62,625 bases of DNA, from positions 1-62,625 of the IMG/VR virus record IMGVR_UViG_3300042475_004015; one strand, 5' to 3'. This DNA is from a virus (Duplodnaviria; Caudoviricetes). Below are positions 57,085 through 62,625 of this stretch, one piece after another; the first letter of the stretch is position 1; each line of letters starts with the position of its first letter. The position numbers and the translations under genes were made by a program. The notes under the pieces are model-generated. The model had not been told where the DNA came from, ran no database searches, and saw only the letters and a list, made by a program, of their open reading frames with translations.

Positions 57085-59546
57085 TTTTCTAAACTAACTC
57101 CTTTGCTCCATGGACCAATCTGTGCTTCACCCAGTATGGGGACCCGAAGGTCAACACCAAACTCTTCTAATAGGTCAGGGCCAGACATCACCTGTAGTAT
57201 CCTGTTATAAACTTCTTCTACATACTCATCTTTAACCAAAAACATAGTAGCATCATGAACTGTACCAATAACCCTAACTTTGTCTACACCATATTCTCTA
57301 GAGATCTGCAGGGCAGTCATTAGGTTTAGGTCATTAGCGAATGATTGAACGGGTGAATTAATAGCTTGCCTTTCAGCTTCTTTCTTACCTGGTGTATCAT
57401 AAGTAGCTTTAGCTTCTGGTAATCTTCTCTTTCTACCGATAAGGCTTTCTACATAACCATACCTTTTTGCAAAGCTTTTTTGTTCATTATGCCATTCCAA
57501 AAACTTTGGGTATAGTTCAAAGAAGGCATCTCGGCTAGCTCTAGCTTCATCGTCAGTAACAGTTACCCCATAATTATCACGAGCATAGTCTTTAAACTTT
57601 ACCCACCACATGCCATACAAAAACCCAAAGTTAATAGCTTTAGCTTTTTTTCTTAACTCTTTCCAACCCTTATCAAATTCTTGAGATTTTTCAGGGCCAT
57701 ACTTTAATAGTACCTGTATAGCCTCGCCATAATTAAGGGGCTTATCTGGGAGTACGTCATACTTTTTTAGTAAGCAAGTAGCTGTATGTTTTATTAACTC
57801 AGGTTGACTACCCTGCCTACCTAACTCCCTTATCAAGGTTAACCAGTGAACATCTACACCTGTAGCAAAAGCGTGTAACATAGTTGTCTCATTAGCTACC
57901 TCAGCAGCTACTCTTAACTCAATTTGTGAAAGGTCAGCGTCTATTAATTGCCAACCTTCGGGTGCTGTTATTAAGGACCTTATTCTTGGATCCCGTGGTA
58001 CTTGCTGTAGGTTAGGTCTTTCACAAGATAACCTGCCGGTCACTGTACCATGAAGCTTAAAGCTAGGGTGTAGTGTACTGTCTACAATAAAGGGTTTCCA
58101 GCCTTCAATGAAAGCACTCAGTTGTTTTGATGCCTCTCGGTATCTTAGTAGTGAGGCACACATGGGATGGTCTATTTGTTTAATAACAGACTCGCTTGTA
58201 GCTCTACCGCCTTTAGGTGTGTATGACACTACAGGTATATTAAGCTTATCATAGAGTAGCTCACCAAGCTGTTTAGGTGAATTCCAGTTTGTACCTGGGC
58301 CCCACTTTTCAAGTACTTTTAATGCTTCAGTAAGCTCATTCTTTAGGTAGTCCTCAGCATCCTGCATTTTTGACAGGTCAATATAGATACCGTAGTATTC
58401 TATAGTTATAAATAACCTTACACAGGGCATAATGATTTTATCAAAGACCCTTTTAGTTTTAGGCTCTTTAGCTAACCTTTTGCTAAATATACTATAAAGC
58501 TTTAAAGTGTATAATAAGTCTAGCCCATGATACTTAGATACTACTTCTAAAGTACCGCTAATTTTATCCTCACCACCAATGTCATAACTCGGTGCACCAC
58601 AGTAAATAGTAGCTAAGTATTTTAAACCATGTTGACTATTTTCATCCAATGAATAGTGAGCCATCATAGTATCAAAGTCTAAGTACCAATCTACCTTATA
58701 GTGTACTTTCATCCATAGCATATCAAACTTGCCATTATGAGCAACAAGAATACAGTCTTGAAGTTTGTCGGTTAACTCTCTTACTATCGCTTTTCTGTTA
58801 CGATAACCCCATAAGGAGTATTGTTTGGCTAAAGGGATAGACCATTGAAAATTCTTAGTACCAAAGCCGATAAAGTTTATCTCTGCACCATTATCCCATG
58901 GATAAAGACCAGTAGTTTCTATATCAAAAGACACTACACCCTTAAGGTCATTCATCATCTCGTCAAAGGTTTCGTCATCATTTACGACCCTAAGGTTAAG
59001 TGATTCTTCTTCTAATAATCCGCCGTTTTGAATTAAACTGCTAAAAGTTGATAAGTCAGCCTCAACTACAGAGGATAATGCTGGGTCATATAAAAGGTTA
59101 CTTATAGAATAAGTTGGCATATATACTATATCGTTAACCTTAAGCGGTTTACCTCTAGCTTTCTTTATACCCTTTATCTCAAGTGCCGATTGCAATGCTA
59201 CGTTACCTAGCAGTAGGATAAATTTAGGCTTAACTAACTCTATCTCTTTTTGTAGCCAATACCGACAAGCATTTATCTCAGTCTTTGTAGGGTCTTTATC
59301 ACCAGGTTTTCTACAGTGAACTGCGTAGGTATAATAGTAGTCTTGTATACCTGCACTAGATAACAGATCGTGAACACTCTGACCATACTTGCTACTATAA
59401 GCTCTATCACATTCATCATCCTCCCGAGAAGGCGAGTCAATGATAACCATCACTAATGACTTAACATCTGTAGAGTAGTTACCTAATAAGCATACACTTT
59501 GGCAACCAGAGGACAGTTTACATTTAGTACAGTTTATATCCCTCAT
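57069..59546 (-). CDS. polA: Family A DNA polymerase with N-terminal UDG-like domain and 3'-5' exonuclease
   Basis: FDIETTG, HNGKFD, TGRLS, DLSQIELR, KAINFGFLYG, VHDA; N-terminal C..C.L...CR...EI.AC. Confidence 0.95.
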   Translation of the reverse strand: MRDINCTKCKLSSGCQSVCLLGNYSTDVKSLVMVIIDSPSREDDECDRAYSSKYGQSVHDLLSSAGIQDYYYTYAVHCRKPGDKDPTKTEINACRYWLQKEIELVKPKFILLLGNVALQSALEIKGIKKARGKPLKVNDIVYMPTYSISNLLYDPALSSVVEADLSTFSSLIQNGGLLEEESLNLRVVNDDETFDEMMNDLKGVVSFDIETTGLYPWDNGAEINFIGFGTKNFQWSIPLAKQYSLWGYRNRKAIVRELTDKLQDCILVAHNGKFDMLWMKVHYKVDWYLDFDTMMAHYSLDENSQHGLKYLATIYCGAPSYDIGGEDKISGTLEVVSKYHGLDLLYTLKLYSIFSKRLAKEPKTKRVFDKIIMPCVRLFITIEYYGIYIDLSKMQDAEDYLKNELTEALKVLEKWGPGTNWNSPKQLGELLYDKLNIPVVSYTPKGGRATSESVIKQIDHPMCASLLRYREASKQLSAFIEGWKPFIVDSTLHPSFKLHGTVTGRLSCERPNLQQVPRDPRIRSLITAPEGWQLIDADLSQIELRVAAEVANETTMLHAFATGVDVHWLTLIRELGRQGSQPELIKHTATCLLKKYDVLPDKPLNYGEAIQVLLKYGPEKSQEFDKGWKELRKKAKAINFGFLYGMWWVKFKDYARDNYGVTVTDDEARASRDAFFELYPKFLEWHNEQKSFAKRYGYVESLIGRKRRLPEAKATYDTPGKKEAERQAINSPVQSFANDLNLMTALQISREYGVDKVRVIGTVHDATMFLVKDEYVEEVYNRILQVMSGPDLLEEFGVDLRVPILGEAQIGPWSKGVSLEKWKSK

Positions 59547-60007
59547 GGCATTATTACCTTATTGTTAGAGTGATCGAGTAGATATCCTGATGGGGTAACT
59601 TGGTATACTTCTATACCGCTTTTAATCAATAGTGCTAATGATGTGGTATCTCTGTATGCTACTTCATAATATACAGCTTTAATGCCAGCAGCCATTAGTT
59701 TTTCAGCACACACTAGGCACGGTGAGTGTGTTACATAAATTGACTTATCTTTAGCCCATTCACTATTTGGGATAAACCGTATAGCATTATCCTCGGCATG
59801 AAGACTTTTACTGCATCCACCACTTGTTGATAAAGGGCAGTGATTACCTTTGCAGTGTTCTTCACCTGATGGTGAGCCATTATAGCCAATAGAAACTACA
59901 CGGTTCTCTACAACTATAACACAGCCTACATTTAAGCGATGGCAGGTAGACCGTTTTGAGGCTGAACGGGCCATTTCCATAAACATCTGGTTACGACTTA
60001 TTCTCAT
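59543..60007 (-). CDS. dCMP deaminase
   Basis: RSTC, GYNG, HAE, PCLVC. Confidence 0.93.
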   Translation of the reverse strand: MRISRNQMFMEMARSASKRSTCHRLNVGCVIVVENRVVSIGYNGSPSGEEHCKGNHCPLSTSGGCSKSLHAEDNAIRFIPNSEWAKDKSIYVTHSPCLVCAEKLMAAGIKAVYYEVAYRDTTSLALLIKSGIEVYQVTPSGYLLDHSNNKVIMP

Positions 60008-60016
60008 AGGGTTGCT

Positions 60017-60856
60017 TTATTTAGGTGAACCAAAAAGTGTGATGTAGTCATTTACAAACAAGTGTAGGCTTACGATGTGCATAGTAAAAAGTCCAGGCCT
60101 AATTTTGTTCCAATAGTCTGGGTCCCTTAGTCTTAGTTGGTCAAGTACCCAAAGTTGTAGTAGTACAGTCAAGTAAATGTCATCTCTAAAGTGTCTAACA
60201 AAATCACAAGACCTTAGGTAGTAAGTGATGTGTAACTTATCCTGCCTTACTATAAAATGATACCCTAAACTACATGGTATTCTACCGCCATTAACACAGC
60301 CAGTATCCTCTGGGAAAAAGACTGGTAAATAAGCTTGCCTTGTAAGTGGCTGTTCTTTTAAAAGTTTCACCAAGTCGTTAAGATCACCCAATATCGTATC
60401 AGGCCTTACACCTCTATTAAACTTAAAGTGGTCATGGTATGGACTTGTAGGGTCACATATAGTACCACTAAGCTCACCTTGATCGGTTAACCCAGCATAA
60501 GTCGGCCAATATCTCTCCATATAGTTATGGTTAAATTGACCGTTAGCATCACGGAACTTATCGGCAGAGTGACTGTAGGGCCAGTTTGCCCACTCTTTAC
60601 CAGGGTTAAGGGGCTCACCACATACTCTTTCCTTAAAGTGGTCATCCGCCCACGGTAAGTTTGGCTGTATTGCTTTAGCTAATACCGACCTGTCTTCAGT
60701 CTGAACTTCGCAAGTAAAAGAGTGGTTTAATAACTCATAAGTAGTCATAGCACCTTGTTTTGATATGTCTAAACCTTGCCATTTTTCGGTGTGAACTTTA
60801 TAAGACTTATTTTTAAGCCTTATTTTAGCATCTTCTATATATACTTCAAAACTCAT
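60017..60856 (-). CDS. ThyA-fold nucleotide C5 modifier, probably dCMP (hydroxy)methylase
   Basis: TRQAY, IPC, RSCDFVRHFRDD (Asp at the Asn177 position), SLHLF. Confidence 0.8.
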   Translation of the reverse strand: MSFEVYIEDAKIRLKNKSYKVHTEKWQGLDISKQGAMTTYELLNHSFTCEVQTEDRSVLAKAIQPNLPWADDHFKERVCGEPLNPGKEWANWPYSHSADKFRDANGQFNHNYMERYWPTYAGLTDQGELSGTICDPTSPYHDHFKFNRGVRPDTILGDLNDLVKLLKEQPLTRQAYLPVFFPEDTGCVNGGRIPCSLGYHFIVRQDKLHITYYLRSCDFVRHFRDDIYLTVLLQLWVLDQLRLRDPDYWNKIRPGLFTMHIVSLHLFVNDYITLFGSPK

Positions 60857-61619
60857 TTAGGTAATCCTTTGCTAGTTTTATTATTCTTCTTGTTTCTGCT
60901 GGGTAAAGTAAAGAGCGAGCCCTATCTCTTGTAACAGTAGCTTGTTTAAACTTTAATATACCCCTATCGTCGTCAAGGTATTTTAACGTCCACCTCATAA
61001 CATAACGAGAAAACCTATCACTCTTATCGAGTGCCTTATAAAACTCCATAGGAGAGTCATAGAGTGCAGCTGCCGTAAGAAAATACATAGGATGAAGAGT
61101 GATATTTGCAAAGTGACAATTTACACTCTTTAGCTTAACCTCTTTAAAGTTAAAACCTGGTATCAAATTGTTATAGATAAAGTAAAGATCAGCAGGAAAC
61201 TTTTTAAAAAGTTCGGTAGTCCTGTAGAAGATATCCATCTCAGCATGGTCTTTGTCTAGGTGGGAAATAACCACCGACTGTAAACAGGGCCCTCTTGTGC
61301 TTACTTTTTCTAATGGGGAGGTTGCACCGGGTTTTATCAAGTGATTATAACAATGGAAAGATGTGCTAGAGTATTTACCTCTTTCTACAAAATAATCCCA
61401 CATTTGGATAGCCTTGTCATAACTTTCCTGATGTAGGTACAATTTTTTAAGCATACTGATCTTGGTTTTAGTATAGCCAATATCCAATAGATCAATATCG
61501 GAGGTTGGTGACTCAAAACGAATACTCCTTGAGCGAAAAATCTTCCTTTCGGCAGCGTATAAGTCACCCGGTTGACCCACTAATAATAAACAAGCATTAA
61601 GCCATTGATTAGTTAGCAT
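60846..61619 (-). CDS. Second, highly divergent ThyA-fold protein
   Basis: GPCLQSVVI...FYRTTELFKKFPADL...HFANITLH parallels PC...RSxD...N/D...H. Confidence 0.6.
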   Translation of the reverse strand: MLTNQWLNACLLLVGQPGDLYAAERKIFRSRSIRFESPTSDIDLLDIGYTKTKISMLKKLYLHQESYDKAIQMWDYFVERGKYSSTSFHCYNHLIKPGATSPLEKVSTRGPCLQSVVISHLDKDHAEMDIFYRTTELFKKFPADLYFIYNNLIPGFNFKEVKLKSVNCHFANITLHPMYFLTAAALYDSPMEFYKALDKSDRFSRYVMRWTLKYLDDDRGILKFKQATVTRDRARSLLYPAETRRIIKLAKDYLNEF

Positions 61620-61800
61620 TAATTATGCCCCCTTTAAAGATATTGATAAGGTTATCATGGTTATTTTTAACCTCCTCTGGCTCGCTAGCTGTTTCAACTA
61701 CAAACTCGTCACTATATAGTTCAGAGTTAGTATACTCTACTACAGCCAATAAACCTTTAAGTAGGTCATTTTCTGTTATGGTAATTTGTTTATTAGTCAT
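61609..61800 (-). CDS. Small acidic hypothetical protein
   Basis: Overlaps both neighbours in the operon. Confidence 0.55.
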   Translation of the reverse strand: MTNKQITITENDLLKGLLAVVEYTNSELYSDEFVVETASEPEEVKNNHDNLINIFKGGIINAN

Positions 61801-62625
61801 AAGAAGGGTCTTTCAATAAATCTATAAGTACAGGAGCTTTCCAGCCTTGTGGTTTAACTACGTCAAGAACAGAGCCTCTTTTACTTTGAGAACTATCAGT
61901 TGCACGAATTTTAGCCATATTGGCTGCATGAACTCTCTCCCAACCCTTAATAAAAGGAAAACCATGTAGATAAGCAGTACCCAATAATACATAAGCTAAG
62001 TCTACAAGGCCGTCAAATGCCTTTTCTAAATGCTCTAGAGATTCTGGTGACTGATAACCAGGCAAAGCTATTTGATTAATAGTATTATGATAGTTCTTCA
62101 TAGCTTCTACATACTCGTCGAGTTCTTCCTGCATAAACTTTATCCTAAAGTCTTCCATATCACCAGGTAAGGCTCGTGGGCCTGACTCATAATCTAGGCC
62201 AAACTTCTGATGAAAGAGTGCTATGTCTACTACTGGATTAAAAGCATAAATACGACTTATTAAGTCAGGTATACTATCACCTATCCGGTAAATAAGGTGG
62301 GCATTATTAACTGCCCAATCATCATACTCAGCACTAAGTGAGTCGTATTTTTCATCGATTAAGTTTAGATATTCCGGCTCATCATATTCTTTATTTACGT
62401 GGCCTTCCATTCTGTTAAGTGCTTTACAGTAAATAAATATAGGCTTAGAGCTATAAAATTGATCTACAAGCTCATCATCTATTTTTGTATTCTTAACTAT
62501 CAGAGAATAAAGGGTTTGAGACACTACAGGGTGCCGGTCATAAATAACTGACCGTTTATCCTGTAGGTATTTTTTTACTCTTTCGTTAATCTCGCCTGGG
62601 TATTTTTCTCTACCTTCACTAGCCC
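61793..62625 (-). CDS. 3' part of kinase / MazG-like (PRA-PH) dNTP pyrophosphatase fusion (306 aa in total, start at 215)
   Basis: FHQKFG, QEELDEY, DGLVDLAYV, VHAANMAK, KPQGW..P. Confidence 0.88.
   Translation of the reverse strand, partial: ASEGREKYPGEINERVKKYLQDKRSVIYDRHPVVSQTLYSLIVKNTKIDDELVDQFYSSKPIFIYCKALNRMEGHVNKEYDEPEYLNLIDEKYDSLSAEYDDWAVNNAHLIYRIGDSIPDLISRIYAFNPVVDIALFHQKFGLDYESGPRALPGDMEDFRIKFMQEELDEYVEAMKNYHNTINQIALPGYQSPESLEHLEKAFDGLVDLAYVLLGTAYLHGFPFIKGWERVHAANMAKIRATDSSQSKRGSVLDVVKPQGWKAPVLIDLLKDPSYD
62499..62625. repeat. 127-bp terminal direct repeat, right copy
   Basis: Identical to 1-127. Confidence 0.95.

Noticed and set aside
936-61819. Short antisense or alternate-frame ORFs (e.g. 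936-1166, 2406-2681, 23205-23390, 26987-27358, 28744-29028, 32157-32558, 54669-54944)
   Set aside because: Shadows of well-supported genes, or overlapping terminators, with no RBS or motifs
62499-62625. Biological direct terminal repeat
   Set aside because: 127 bp is a typical assembler k-mer overlap and it falls inside a CDS; it indicates circularity only
1-62625. TAG stop-codon reassignment suggested by TAG-rich DNA
   Set aside because: Core genes are intact in code 11, several end in TAG, and there is no suppressor tRNA
1-62625. 7-deazaguanine or aminoadenine modification, DGR, integrase, phage RNA polymerase
   Set aside because: No recognisable dpdA/folE/queC/purZ, reverse transcriptase, recombinase or RNAP ORF

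Overview
The window is an apparently complete circular genome (62,498 bp unique plus a 127-bp assembly overlap) of a lytic, AT-rich siphovirus. It has a YuA/phiJL001-style gene layout and an RcGTA-type tail tip, and the host is probably an alphaproteobacterium (GapR, DUF2460/DUF2163/NlpC/megatron). Modules in order: primase-helicase; ThyX and nucleases; 2 tRNAs; a long early cluster; a non-coding repeat region; DNA ligase; terminase-head-tail-lysis; and a minus-strand replication/nucleotide operon (SNF2 helicase, Sak4-like ATPase, Cas4-like nuclease, UDG-PolA, dCMP deaminase, two ThyA-fold paralogues with the dCMP-type Asp, and a kinase-MazG fusion across the origin). The most striking signal is a ~1.3-kb island (22744-24044) in which every C is followed by A and every G is preceded by T. 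The only three exceptions are two Arg codons and one Trp codon in an HTH protein. The island carries two complete promoter-gene-terminator units built under that rule and is bracketed by 11-bp tandem arrays. Together with the cytosine-modification operon, this suggests a context-dependent C modification and a modification-free start-up cassette (inference). All family assignments are from motif recognition by eye; no database searches were run.
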